From the NCBI GenBank assembly GCA_008632985.1, contig QPGO01000016.1, positions 1-64,000 on the forward strand: 64,000 nucleotides of DNA. Direction: 5' to 3'. Positions 47,401 to 60,492 of the stretch are shown here, one piece after another; the stretch's first letter is position 1, and each line of letters begins with the position of its first letter. The stretch is from Psammoneis japonica. Its lineage: Eukaryota. The notes under the pieces were generated by a model. The model did no database searches, was not told where the DNA came from, and saw only the letters and a list, made by a program, of their open reading frames with translations. Position numbers and translations under genes: made by a program.

Positions 47401-48335
47401 GGCCAGTGCCGCAAACATGTTTTGGATTTGCGGTCCCACCACCTGACACCCAAGCAAGTCTTGTTGAAACTGGGCCGCCAACTGAGCCGATTCAAATGTG
47501 TGTTCCATCCACCGTTCGTTTTTGTGCGGTTCTTTAATGTTAAACTCCAGCACGCCTCCCTCAATGGGTTCCTTGACATGAATGGATACCGCTTGTACAG
47601 ATAGTACGCCACCGCCACCATGATTCTCGTTTTGGTTTTGTAGTTCGTCAGGTGTCGTCCCAAGATTTAATTTTGACGACGCCACTTCAATTTGGACCTC
47701 ACGCTGAATCTGATGCTTTTTCACTTTTGGCACAATCTGACGCGAGGCTTCGGTCCACGAGGGAGGCGGTGACCACGTATTGTACGGTAGCGTCTTGGCG
47801 GATGGCCCAAGCACTTCATAACTTGCTTCATTCATGTCGGCCAATCCGTCGGCGGCATCCAACAACAAGTCGTCCATGAGCATGGCATCCTCGGTCGGGA
47901 GTCGTTCACGGTTACGAACCGATCCTTTTCGATCACGACTCAACAAATTGTCCCGGCTCGAACTTCTTGGACGATTTCCTAGTTCACGGCCGCTACTAAA
48001 TCGGGAGCCAATCGCTTATTCTTTTGTTTGGTACGACGACGCCAAACCAGTCCAACAATCAGAATAAAAAACAACATCATGACCGTAACGCTTGTGTGTT
48101 CCGAATACCAATCGACCGCTTCCTGCCGAACTACGTTGCAAATTGCCCTGACGCGAGCCATACTCCAGGTGGGGTAAAGCAAGCCGATGGCTTCTTGTGT
48201 TTTCTCATCACCGTTTGCAAGCAAGTCAGCGTATTCTTCCGTTGGAGTTTGGTTATCAGCAGAGTCCTCTGTCGATTCTTCTCTATCTCCTGGAACGAGT
48301 CCAAAATATGCACTTATATTTTGTAGCAGCGACAT
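44456..48335 (-). CDS. Membrane-anchored DUF1336 (EDR2 C-terminal-like) + CRAL-TRIO lipid-binding protein; spliced, with frameshifts
   Basis: TM at the N-terminus; DUF1336-type VDFSFVIEGLAKEELPERVMATVRL; Sec14-type LQRYLIATDGD..AAWR and HYPERLSKVLVV. Introns about 46400-46480 and about 45147-45375. Confidence 0.75.
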
Positions 48336-48952
48336 GTCGTCTTGACGAATCTCTTCCTTTTCTGCCTCTTTTGGTTCTTCTACAATCTCTTCCTCTTCTG
48401 GAACGAACCCAAAATAGAACTTATATTTTGTAGTAGTGACATTGTAGACTGTTGTGATAGACTAATGGCTTTGATGCAGAGCAACTACTGGGATCGGTAT
48501 CTTATTTCACACAAACATACCGAAGTCATGAATGACAGTTGTTGAATGGAAGCTGCCGCCGAAGAAAAGCGTGAAGCGAAGATCAACGTTTCTTATTATG
48601 ATCTTCAGTTACGAAGCTTTGCATAGAAGATGACCGACACAACGGGCGATTAGATGTATTTGATCACCATCAATCTGAATGAAGATATAAATTTCCCGCA
48701 CTTTTTGAACGCAGGCCAGACGCAAGCAGCACGCAAGCCTCATTTTTTGCGAACTCGAGGAACAGAGCCGCTGTCTCGGAACATTCGACATGACATCAAA
48801 ACAAAGAGCATCTGCAACCGTGTTCTTATTCAGTGCCCACAGCAGCTCTAACCACAAAGACTTGATCGAGCCTCATAGACAACCCACAAAAGCTTTTTAT
48901 TCGAGAGGAATTGCCGACAAAGCGTCTGGTGTATTCTCGCTTCAATCATCTC

Positions 48953-49839
48953 ATGAGTCAACTGGTACTCCACAGAGAAATTCTCGTTCTTGTACTACTC
49001 TTACTTTTCCTCCCAAGCACAGCTGAAGTCCCGAACAACTCGCTTGCCTTTCATAGCTTGTTTCCTTATACTCCTCCTCCACCAACTACTACTACTACTC
49101 AACAACACATGGTCATGCGTGCTTGGACGTGTCACGGTCGCAATCAACGAGAACTGGTGGACAAGCTCATGATGGCCAAGATTGTCCAGTCCCCAGCCGT
49201 ACGAGACGCACTCTACAAGGTGATCGGCTGAATTATGCCGGAACCGACAGTGCACAGGCCGCCTATGCCGATGCGCCGCAGCCTTTGGGCTATGGTCAAA
49301 CCATTTCGGCGCCACACATGCATGCACACGTGTTGGAAGAAATGTTGCCCTACATGAAGGATAGCAAAGCTGATGAACTTTCCATTCTGGATGTTGGAAG
49401 TGGCAGTGGATATCTCACGGCGGCACTCGGGCGTCTTGTCGATCCGCAAAAACCAATCCTTGGTAAAGCCGGCAAGGTCTATGGAATCGACGTGTACCCC
49501 GAGCTTATCGAAATGGCTCGAGAAAACATCAAAAAGGGAGACGGCGATTTGATGGACCGCAACGTTATTTCCGTGGCCTTGGGAGACGGATGGAAGGGTC
49601 TACCCGACAAGAGTCCCTTTGATGCCATTCACGTCGGAGCCGCCGCAGCCGAGTTTCCCACGAATTTAATGATGCAACTCCGCGTCGGCGGAGTGTTGGT
49701 GGTGCCGGTGGGTCCCAATGGAGGTGCGCAAGCGCTGTACAAGGTGGATAGGCTTGTCGAACACGACACGTTTCGCATGGATGATTTCAAACTGACCCAG
49801 TTGTTGGGGGTTCGATACGTGCCGCTTGTTCATCCTTAA
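48953..49839 (+). CDS. PCMT1: Protein-L-isoaspartate (D-aspartate) O-methyltransferase with a possible N-terminal signal peptide; 1-bp frameshift near 49222
   Basis: Motifs QTISAPHMHA, LDVGSGSGYL, FDAIHVGAA and GVRYVPL. The core starts MRAWTCHG at 49115. Confidence 0.92.
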
Positions 49840-50296
49840 GGATTGGCGACGCATTGTCTTTAAAGATTGCACATTCTGTCCTTGACGGCGGTCGAGTACA
49901 CGCGATTGATTGCATGCCGGGTGACGAGCCTCATTGCGTCGAGACCAAGTTGAGTGTACATGGAGTGCTGCCATGGATCTTTACATCATATGCATAGACG
50001 CAGTTAAGCTTAAGATATTACTACTGACACGAGTCCCTATTATTCACTGCCTCGTACCGTATTTTACAAGCCACTACTGAGTATGAACGATGAGAAGGGA
50101 AGGAAGGTTCAGCGGTGTTAGCCACTGTCACTACCCCAAACAACAAGCATTTCGGTTGCGTAACCTGGTGAGGGACCGCACGCATCATTCAAAAATAGTA
50201 ACTAACTGTGACACTTATTAACGAAAAACAAAAGGCAATGCTGAATAATATGATTCTCTATTGGCGACATGCGTCGATGGTCGGTTACAAAACTTC

Positions 50297-51052
50297 TTAG
50301 AAAAGGCCAAAGAATTTCTTGGTTTGCTTCTTCTCGGCGGCTGGTGGCGCCTTGACTCCCTTCATGTTGTAGACATTGGGTGCCTTGTAGTTCTTGGCGA
50401 ACTTTGGTGCGGCAGCTGGGATGCTTTCGGCTGGTCCCCTCTTGCTTCGGGTACCGGTCCAGTCAAGACCCTCTCCGAATCCAAAAATGGACACACTCTG
50501 TTCCTTCTTGTATCCACCATCAGAGTATTCCTTGTCAGAGGTCAACCACCTCTTCTTCTTGGCTCCCTTGATATCAGAGTTGTCCCAAGATCCTCCTCGT
50601 TGCATGTACTGTGATAATTTGAATCGACAAGAAGAAAGCAAAGGCCGTCAGTACAAAGATTCGCTTCAAGCACAAGATCAGTTGTTCAAATCATTAAGCA
50701 GACTACTTACAGGAATATCTTCAGGCTTGAGTTCTCCGCTTGCAATCCTCTTGGCAGCGTTCTCGACAGGCAACAAGTGCGTCGCTTCACCACGTTCCAT
50801 GGCTTCTTGGAAACTTTTCATTGACCTTGACTTGAACCCTCTTGGACCAAGACCACCCAAATTTTTGCTTTGCATCTTTTTCTTTTCGGCGTCCTTGAAT
50901 TTTTTGTAGGATTCCGCCGTGAAACCATCGGGAACGTAGCCGTACAATTCAGAGGAAGGACGAGCCGAAGTAGAGAGTCCGTTGGTGGTGGAGAAGGACT
51001 CAACTCCAACCACCGCGGCAGTAAGTGCAAGAGCGTAGACTGATGCCTTCAT
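50297..51052 (-). CDS. Plastid-targeted algal protein of unknown function; 2 exons
   Basis: Signal peptide+F (GVES-FS); GYVPDG, GPRGFKSRS and IP|YMQRGGSWDNSD; intron about 50610-50710. Confidence 0.8.
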
Positions 51053-51688
51053 TGTATCTTCTTCTTGTTCTTTTGCAAGAGAATATTATGAGAGTTATGG
51101 AACGACGTGTTGTTGTTTTTCCCGAAGATTGTGAGCGCCGATGTGGCCGCACAAAACGCGTGGCCTTGCGTAGCGGCAATACCACGATTGGATACGTCAC
51201 ATCAAAACATTCCTCATGTCTCAAGTTATTTTATTCGACACGTCACTCTTGGTTTTCCGTTGCACAAGATTTCTACGTTGGTTGCAGTACTGGACTTTCT
51301 GGGCAGATGGCGGATTTTCCTTTTCTGTTACACGTTTGTCCGGATGAAGAACCGTCATTGTTCTCATGTCAGTTGAAGTTTCTCAAACTGAGTCAGCGGC
51401 GGTCTTTCTTCAAAGCCTTAGTCGGAGTAATCAATCTCTCATCCGTCTGAACGTTGCCCGTTGCGAAAACGCATCACGGTGCATCCTCATAGTATCTTTG
51501 TGTAAGTAGGATTTGTAGGCGTGGCTACGGTGATTGCCATCCATCTTCAGTCGATCAACCGACGGCATTTTTTGTTCTTCACAAAAACGACGCATCTTTT
51601 GAACTTTCGCAACGACGTAGGCAGGCTACAACAAATAAACTGCACTTTCAACAAGACGCTGCTTCAGACAACACTCTTATCTGTTACC

Positions 51689-53317
51689 ATGTTGGCTAAT
51701 CAGGTCCGCCGTAGCGTTATTCGCCATTCATCAAAGTCTCTGCAACGATGCTTTAGCAGCGAAACCTCATCGCCGTACTGGAAAGATTTTCCAATGGCAC
51801 CTCGAGATCCAATCATTGGCCTTACCGAAGCTTTCAATGAAGATCCCGATCCGGACAAAGTCATTGTCGGCGTTGGAGCCTATCGTGATGATGCTGGCAA
51901 GCCACATGTGCTCCCATGCGTCCGTGAGGCGGAACGAATCTTGATGGAGCAAAACGTGGATCATGAGTATTCTGGAATTGTAAGTTTGTATGGTACTTCT
52001 ATATGATGTACGCTGAATGCATGGATATTTACAGAAAGGGGAAACACGAATAAACACTTGTGCTCTGATGTCACCGTTCTGACTGACTCAACATATGGTA
52101 TTATTGTTCTGACTCTTATTCCAACTGAAAATATTGTGTTAGGCCGGTGATCCCGTTTTTGTGAAACACTCGCTCAAGTTTGCCTATGGCGAGGACTCGA
52201 AACCGCTCTTGGAGGGACGCATCGGTGGTGTGCAGTCGTTGTCTGGAACGGGAGGTCTTCGTGTCTTTGGAGAATTGTTGCGCAAATTTGGGCACAAGCG
52301 CATTTATATTCCAAACCCATCGTGGGGCAATCATACACCCATTTTTCAAAATTCAGGACTCGAAGTCAAGAAATACAGTTATTACGATAAGGAGAATTCG
52401 GATTTGGATTTCGAAAACATGGTCAAGGATATCAAGGACATGCCCGAAGGCAGTTGTATTCTTTTGCATGCGTGTGCGCATAATCCAACGGGGTACGAAC
52501 TAAGAATTCGCTTGGCGTTGAAGAGTATTTTGTCTGCTTCTGTTTTGTCTCACATTTTTTATTATTCTCACTTTAGAATGGACCCAACTATGGAACAGTG
52601 GAAACAACTCAGCGAGCTCATTTTGAAGCAAAAGCTCTTGCCCTTTTTCGATTGTGCCTATCAGGGCTTTGCCTCTGGCTATGCCGCAGACGATGCCGAG
52701 GCTCTTCGCATGTTTGTGGAAGACGGCCATTACTTGGGCCTTGTTCAGAGTTACAGCAAAAACTTTGGCCTCTACGGACACCGCGTTGGTGCATTGTCGG
52801 TGGTGGGCGCCAGCCCCGATGAGGCCAAACGCGTCGAGAGTCAAATGAAAATGGTGATTCGTCCCATGTATTCCAATCCACCACGACACGGGGCTCGCAT
52901 CGTATCGACCGTATTGGGAGACGAGCACCTCAGCAAGGACTTTCACGACCAGTGCAAGGACATGGCGGATCGAATCAATGACATGAGGTTTCACTTGAGA
53001 AAGGCGCTGGAGGAATTGGGGTCCAATCATAACTGGGAACACATTACCAAACAAATTGGTATGTTTGCGTACAGTGGACTTTCGGAAGATCAAGTTATGC
53101 AATTGCGAGAAAAGCACCATGTGTACTGTACTGCGGATGGAAGGATCAGCATGGCGGTGAGTAGTTGCCGTTGCGATTATGACTTGCTGTGTTTCGCAAT
53201 TACATTTTCAACAGTTCTCTCAACATTCTTGCTTGCAAATTCATTTACTTGACTCAGGGCGTTACAACGGAAAACGTTGACTATATTGCAAACGGCATTC
53301 ATGATGTCTCCAAGTAA
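51689..53317 (+). CDS. GOT2: Mitochondrial aspartate aminotransferase; 4 exons
   Basis: Transit peptide; VGVGAYRDD, QSLSGTGGLR, LHACAHNPTG, DCAYQGF, SYSKNFGLYG (PLP Lys) and DGRISMAG. Introns near 51980, 52493 and 53157. Confidence 0.95.
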
Positions 53318-53973
53318 GAGCGGTTGCTACATATACTAGTAGAGAGAGTTTCGGTCTACAAAAAATAGTTAAAACTCGTTTGGATGATGATGATGATGAA
53401 TCGTTCTGGTTCTCGTTTTCTAGCCTTTTTTCTAAACTAGAAATTGTCACCGTTGCGCACACCATCTTTTAAAACTATGCCTAGCGAAGCATTTACTGTG
53501 CTTGGCATCGCATGTATTGTACTCTAGAGTAGCTAGCCTCTCTACTCTAGTAGAGTATTTCTACAAACTGCTCCTCTTGGCGATACTATCCCTTCATTTG
53601 GAGATCTCGTCAAAATAATGTCTTTGTTATTATTTTTAAACATAAAAGATTTTCCTCTCGACATTGGCAAAGTCATGAGCGAGTAACGTCTTGGATATTA
53701 TAGAGAGTGAGCACGAACGCATATGAAAAAGCCGAGGCTTCCCAAGTCCCAACAGTTGCGTGTCTGGACCGCTGGGATCTCTTGCTTCTTTGCTACTCGC
53801 GCCATCACTCCTTAAAATGGTATCGCCTGTGTCGCTGGAAAATTTGTACGGTATCTATTGTCGAGGGTCCAAGACAACGGGCATTACATTCTCTCTCAGA
53901 TGATGCAAACTGATGCCGACGATGATGGCAATAAAAAGAATTATCTACTACAATGTGTGTAAACGAAACGCAG

Positions 53974-54870
53974 CTAGGTTGCAAAAATAATGAGGCCTAT
54001 TTCAGTTGGGATTGTACCACCAAGATTTGTTCCATCAATGTTTACCTTGGCTGACGCGGACAACACGGGGCAATCACGCGTATGCAGATGAGAAAGGCTT
54101 ACTCCATTAATAAAGCCACAACCAAAGCGAGAAACGTCACCCAAGTTTGACGACAAGTACAGATTAGCCGGGAGCGTTCCCGTGAAGTGGTTCCTCTCAG
54201 CATAGAAGTACGGTAGAACGTAGAACCCGTCACTTACCGAAGTTCGTCATATTTTAATCTCTCGGGGAATGTAGCCTATACCATGAAACATCGGAGAGGT
54301 CCAAAATACTAATTTGTTTGAACTCGGTACACCGCACTCCTTCCCATTCACATCAATGAATCGCCCGTACAGAACGTTTTGACGCTGGCGAAAACATGAG
54401 CGGTTTGGTTACAATGATCCCATCTGAATTTGGCAATCGTTTGCAAATAACCAATTTGGCGCTGTCGCTTGCTGGTGTAAATGTACGAGGGACGATTCCT
54501 AGAGTAGGAAGCTGCGCAAGATGACAAAGTTGTATACTCTCAACTTGTCATCCACGATTTTTCTGGATTCATCCCAACGGAACTTGGCAATCTTTTGAAT
54601 CTAGACACACTCATGTTGCATATTATTCGGATTGAGGGGATCAAACCTACGCAGATGGAAAGACGTAAGAGTGTACGTTTAACATTGACACGACTTGGAC
54701 ACGACTCAGTTCCTATGTTTGCTGTGGTACATATTGCTTTCAGAAGAGACGCCACTCACCGTTTACTTTTCTACCATTCACATTTTTGTATCATTCTACT
54801 AGCAGTGTTTTCCATTGAAAGAAACAAGTTAGTCGGAACAATACATTCAGACGTTTGTGATCTGATGCCG
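53974..54870. pseudogene. Leucine-rich-repeat gene fragments in opposite orientations
   Basis: Minus strand LGGTIPTEIGL; plus strand IPSEFGN, GFIPTELGNLLNL and NKLVGTIHSDVC; disrupted. Confidence 0.6.
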
Positions 54871-55307
54871 TGATGAATTCAAGACTGCAGCAGCGTCTCA
54901 GTTTTTCGCCTCGGGCGGCGTCTAGTTCTGTCACACAACAAAGCCATAAAACATGGCCACAACGTTTAAAAGCACAACTCTCATTAGCCTGTACTGGCCA
55001 GAACCTTCTATTTCACAGTGTTGGCAAGGCGATGTCGCTTCCGTCATGGTGCAACATGCATCATACCGTTCACTCGCCGTTGTCGTCGCACTGCACGCAA
55101 GAGGGTTCGAAAGTGAGGATGATTCTTTGTTCTGATCAAGATTCCTTTTTGTATGACGACGAAACCTGATGGTTACAAGAGAGATTCCTTTTTGCCGTGT
55201 GGATCTTACGTAAACACTATACTGGAATCGGAACACTTCGTCAATTTCGAGTCGATTTCGTAGCACCAGAGGAATCCGTCGTACGAAATTGGCCCCATTT
55301 CCTACAT

Positions 55308-55436
55308 ACGCAAATAGGAATCTTTCGAACGAGATTTTCTTTTTTCGGACGCAAATAGGAATCTTTCGAACGAAAATTTCTTCTTTCGGACGAAAATTCA
55401 ATTTTTTGACGAAAATGACGAAAATTTCTTCTTTCA
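55308..55436. repeat. 41-bp tandem repeat x2 plus partial copies (ACGCAAATAGGAATCTTTCGAACG...)
   Basis: Units at 55308-55348 and 55349-55389, then ACGAAAATT fragments. Confidence 0.85.
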
Positions 55437-55476
55437 TCCCCTGCAACATACCGAAGACACGAAACCAACTACCACC

Positions 55477-56103
55477 ATGGAGCAAGCGGCCATCACGTGG
55501 TCAACAGAGCTGACCCGAGCCGGAAACGACCTATCATTGGCCGCTCATAGTATCGAAAAAGAGTTTAGAGACTTGTCCTTGACTTCAGAAAAAGGGTAGG
55601 TGTTTTTTATGGTGTATCTCTCGACGTCATTGGTGTAGAGCGCAAAGCTAGTGCACGCTGTACCATATGCATACTCATAATTCATATTGTCTTGTTTTCG
55701 TCAAACTTTGCAGCAAGGACATTCCAAACCCTGTCAAGTTGCTTCGTCGAATTTGTGCTCTCGAAACGTCCATACAGCGACTTCGAAACGAGTGCGTGGG
55801 TCTGTCCCAAACGCGAAACGACCTTATTCTCGCCGTGACTCAGACGCAGCACGAGAACCTTGCTATTCTTCGGCAGGTACGTAAGAAAGGAAAACAGAAA
55901 GAGAAAATAGGGTAGTGATTCCATATGTTGTATGATATTCTTGTATTTAACCTTCTGTTTCTGTTTCATAGCTGTCTCGTCGAGCTGAGGGTTCTCGACA
56001 CAAGAGCTCCCCATCTCACCGCGAATGGGAAAAGTTGGCAGAGCAAGTGGAAGAGCAACGCAATCTCTTTTTAGAGGCGAATCAAATACGGGAGAAGGCG
56101 TAA
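55477..56103 (+). CDS. SKA2: Spindle and kinetochore-associated protein 2-like; 3 exons
   Basis: Spliced MEQAAITWSTELTRAGNDL..IEKEF..PNPVKLLRRICALETSIQRLRNEC..RNDLI matches the SKA2 N-terminal pattern. Confidence 0.65.
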
Positions 56104-57125
56104 GGCTTGAATAAAAGAGAAGCTGTAGTATGGGTAGTCACGTGTTGGTTCCTCTGAAAAGGTGTTAATGGAAAGAAATGCTTTTCAACAGAAGCTACAG
56201 TGATCGAGGTTGCATGTTTGTTGGGGCTCGAGTTTCTTGATACTTTCTACATCTGAAACACGATATCCATTGCGCCTTTAATTTGGGATCAAAATAATAG
56301 CAAGTACTATCTACATTGGATCACACAAGTTTGGAATCCGGGTCGTTTCTATTCTCGTGACGGCAGCTGTTTGGTTTGTTACAGTAATAATATAGTGACT
56401 TGATTACAATCGGTATGTCACCAAGTTCTTTAAGTAGTCGTGCAATCCTCCGTCTGAAGTGTCCTGGATCTCCTCTAAAAATGCGAAGAAACGAGTACTC
56501 TTACTACTCGCCTAGAGTGCCGATTCAAAACTTTTGAACATGATTACGAAATTTGCAGAAGACATTGCGCATCGCTTCAGTCCACACTCCTTTCACCCCA
56601 TAAGAGTATCCTACCTAGGGATAATATGATGCAGTTCTTTCAATCATGGGCGGATGAATCGATTACTTGTGAGGATTGATCCTCAGGATATTCACGGAGA
56701 CAAGGACCAAATAGTCACACACCCGTGCTGTAGTAATTGAAGGAAAACTATGAAAAACTAATCCTTGTGCTCTGCTTTCAAGAGCTTGGAACACTATACA
56801 TTACTAGTACTTGCAACTTTCCCACCATAAATCTTCTTTTGTTCCTCAAAGCTTCCAAAGGAGAAAGCGGTGGATACAGACTGTGAGACGAAGTACAGAA
56901 ACCTCTCGTCTAGCGAGTGACTCTTATAGCGTGAACCACTCCACTACTGGCTCAACCTGAGAAACGAATCTTTTGAACACACTCTAATCTAACAGAAAGC
57001 AAAACAGGAGTAAATACTCTCGTTGAAGAAGGAAATGCTGAGAACTAAGTAGGCCCTACAGATTCAATGATTCTATGAAAGATCTCCGTTTTAAAACTCT
57101 TCTTCATTTATCGACAAGAACCTTC

Positions 57126-57571
57126 TCAAGAACTCCACGTGCGCAGAGTAGCGTTGCGCTTGATGGGACTAATCTGAACGTCAGGGTTGGTCGTCAAAAA
57201 GGAGACTCCAACTCCGGTGCAAAGCAAACTCGCACATCCCATGACAAAAATCAACGGATAGGTGGACGGATCACTGAGCCAGTTCTTCTTGAAGGACTGT
57301 TCCTTGGAGGCTGTAAGGAACTCGGTACACATGGCCTTGGAGGACTGGAAGCGGCGCTGAGCGACAATGCTGTGTGTAGTAAAGAGAGAAAGCAACGCGT
57401 GCGTCAGACTTTTAGATTACCTTCTGGCATTTGCAACGCATTCAACACACGAAATAAAAATAGCATCAGTCTGAAGCTCGACTACGGAAGCTTTGTCCCA
57501 TTGTTCCGCTCATTCAAATAGGCCCAAGAGTCTACTTACCGAGACGATTGCTTGAGTGCAGAGGACAACAT
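57126..57571 (-). CDS. NDUFA4/B12D-like small mitochondrial membrane protein; 2 exons
   Basis: WLSDPSTYPLI-TM-NPDVQI; exon 1 MLSSALKQSS then GTAAGT at about 57539. Confidence 0.8.
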
Positions 57572-58013
57572 GGTGACGAGTTCAATAACGATGACCAACA
57601 AAAACAAAAGTGCCGATGAAATGCAAGAGCCGCCCGCAAAAATCGCCGATGGAATACTTTGGGGGTGTCACATCAATACCAGTTCCCACGTAGAAACTCT
57701 GTAGAATCAAAAAGACATTTTCAATGGTGACGCCGGACAGCTGTCCCATCGGAAAAAAGTGCACCGAATTCGTGGTACAAATTGTACGTCAAATTCTACA
57801 TGGTTCTGGGTTATGAGTGCTATCGAAAACGAAGTGCCTGTCTTTTTGGGCTGGAAGGATGGACAGACAATGTCTGCTCCACCCTCTCTCGCGCGCGCAG
57901 GTTCGCGCACAAACGATCTTCCCGAAACCGACGAAAAGATCCAAGATCTATGTTCCAACATGGCATTTGATGGCTGATGGCCTCCGCTGTTCGCTGCTAC
58001 TCTTTCATTTAAT

Positions 58014-58460
58014 TGCTCGAGGAACCATCTGAATCATGGATTTATAGCAAAAACGACAAAGCGCTTGCATTGGTATGGAATACCACGACGACTTGGGGAA
58101 TCGACACAAGAGCCAAGAGCCACGAGTGCTGTGCAGACGCATGCTAACAAAGAATGCAAGTTGCCACCTTTGCAGCATAAGCAGCAAATCCGATCTACAG
58201 AATCGCCATTTTGCCTCTTGGCGATTTGATGTGAAGCAAGGAAACCAACGTGTTATTGCGCGCAAGGAAACTTTAGCTGGTAAATTATTTGTAGACTCAT
58301 CGATCATTCAAGCTTCAAGGGAAGGTGGATATCCACTGGGTATGTTCATCAGATGTAAAATGCTCGAGGAACCATCTGAATCATGGATTTATAGCAAAAC
58401 CGACAAATATGGAATACCACGACGACTTGGGGAATGACACAAGATCCACGCGTGCTCTCT
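58014..58460. repeat. About 100-120 bp direct duplication with 347-bp spacing
   Basis: TGCTCGAGGAACCATCTGAATCATGGATTTATAGCAAAA at 58014 and 58361. Confidence 0.85.
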
Positions 58461-58726
58461 AGAGAGACTCATACTAACGAAGTCCATCAGATTCCAGAGG
58501 CGTTGGGTTGCATCAAGGGAAGTGTAAAACCTGATGCATTCGCAAATCAGAAGGGGTCGTCCTCAAGTACCAGGCTATGTACACGTACCAGACCATAACG
58601 CAGAAAGCACAGGATCGGTATTGTTACAGGGCTTTTATCAGTTTTATGCCTCAGACGTCGCAAGCTCCGCTCAACAACGGAATCACACTTTTGTTGTACT
58701 GCTTCGCGACTGGATGTACAAGAGGG

Positions 58727-59794
58727 TTAAGCACTCAACCAACGACGACGTTCAGCGGAGGATGCTGGTAGATGTCGCAATACTGGTATGGGCAGTCTCC
58801 TCTTGCTGGTACCCTGGAGTGCTGCCAAATCTATCTCGGGCATTTGAGACGGTATTACGTGTTGGCCAATGAATGGTTTCAACCGTGACTCATCAGCTTC
58901 GTAAATCATGGCGCGGCCGAGAGCTACAATAGGATCAATCAATATGGCGCCTTCGACTGTATCACATCCCGCAAAAGCAAATGGAATTTCTGTGCATCCC
59001 ATAATTATGACGTCTGCCCCCGCTTTAGCTAAGGCTTCCGCGTATGATCGAAAGCGGCGAGATGCCTTGGGTGTGACCTTCGGAGCTGTACTCTTGATAC
59101 CCCATTTGGTATTATATATAGTCTCGTGAAGTTGTTCTTGGGCATAGTCATCCACCTCGAGCACCTGATACCCCTTCGACTCGAGCAGATCGTGATATAC
59201 GCGGGAATGACGGGTGCCTGTGGTAGACATCAGCCCCACCTTGGAGCAGTGCGGAGCAATCGCTTCAATCATTTTGAGAGTTTCCTCTAGCATGTGCAAG
59301 AGTTTGACATTATTGTCTTTTGCGTTGGCCAGACGAACAAACTCTTGCCATATGGGTGCGGCGTGAAACGTGTTGCACGGAATACCAGCAACAACTTGCC
59401 GTTGCGACAGTCCGTTGGTAGAGTCAAGAAGCATTTTGAATGTGCGGGCCATTCCCACTGCTGGGTTCTCTCCCTGGTTTCTCAATAAGAATTCAGTGCG
59501 GTCACAGATGTCATTTGATCGACTAATGTGGATGATATCCAAGTGGCCCTGATCGGTACCACCATTTTCTGTGTGGTTGAGGATAGCCTCGTGTAGCAAA
59601 ACCCCAGCTGCTGGGCCAACACCACCGAGAATCCCCAGCACGGCCGCGTTGCTCTTTTCCTCCGTGTTCATTATCGTGTCGTCAAATGCGTTCTCTATGC
59701 CAACCGCCTGAAGCGTTGCAAAATGTTTTCGCAATACGTTCAACTTGTGTCCGGTCAGAAATTGACGCCTCAGCTGGAGAGTCACGTTAGACAT
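58727..59794 (-). CDS. Cofactor-independent aspartate/glutamate racemase family protein with a probable mitochondrial presequence
   Basis: GILGGVGPAAG, GIPCNTFH and MGCTEIP (both catalytic Cys present); intronless. Confidence 0.9.
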   Translation of the reverse strand: MSNVTLQLRRQFLTGHKLNVLRKHFATLQAVGIENAFDDTIMNTEEKSNAAVLGILGGVGPAAGVLLHEAILNHTENGGTDQGHLDIIHISRSNDICDRTEFLLRNQGENPAVGMARTFKMLLDSTNGLSQRQVVAGIPCNTFHAAPIWQEFVRLANAKDNNVKLLHMLEETLKMIEAIAPHCSKVGLMSTTGTRHSRVYHDLLESKGYQVLEVDDYAQEQLHETIYNTKWGIKSTAPKVTPKASRRFRSYAEALAKAGADVIIMGCTEIPFAFAGCDTVEGAILIDPIVALGRAMIYEADESRLKPFIGQHVIPSQMPEIDLAALQGTSKRRLPIPVLRHLPASSAERRRWLSA

Positions 59795-59807
59795 GGCTTG
59801 GTTTCTT

Positions 59808-60060
59808 CGAGTAATACTCGATTCAGCCTCGATGCAATGCACGAATGGGTGATGTCGAGAAGTGGAACGTCCGCCAGTGACAACCTGGGATCAGAATCAT
59901 CGCAATCCCGCGAGCGAACTACAGACATGGCAGTGTTTTTTCCTCGAATAATAATACTCAATTCATGGCACGAATTTGTGATGTTGAGAACTCGAACATC
60001 CGCCAATGACAACCTGGAATCAGAATCATCGCAATCCCGCGACCTTGACACTGACACAAA
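59808..60060. repeat. About 129-bp tandem duplication upstream of the racemase
   Basis: TGACAACCTGGRATCAGAATCATCGCAATCCCGCGA occurs twice. Confidence 0.85.
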
Positions 60061-60492
60061 AGTTCTGAAGTTCGGTCGAAGCACGAATCCCATTCAAAGA
60101 CATCACGGCGTTCAATACGACGTAAAAAAACGGTGAGAAATTAAGACACGACTGAGGTATGCACGACTGAAGGCGCCAACAAGAAGTACAGCACAGAACT
60201 GATGACGGAGAAAAGAACAGATCAGATGACGTCCAACAAGGAGGCATTAAATTTGAAATGTGTGTTATGGATCAGGGAGACATTCCATTTTGGTGCACCT
60301 TAGTGTACCTAGTAGCTATTGTAGTAGCAGCTGATAAAGCGCGATGATACTGAGTCTCATCAAACGACAGCTGGGCTATCTTTTCATCTACCGGTTGTCA
60401 CGTTTCGAAAGGTTCGTCATCACTACTGTATTGAATGCAAATAACAAACACTAGTATATCAATTACTTCAGCAGGAACATTAACCTAGAAAG

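Noticed and set aside
54931..55485. 184-aa minus-strand ORF
   Set aside because: Translation of a non-coding 41-bp repeat region; no protein features.
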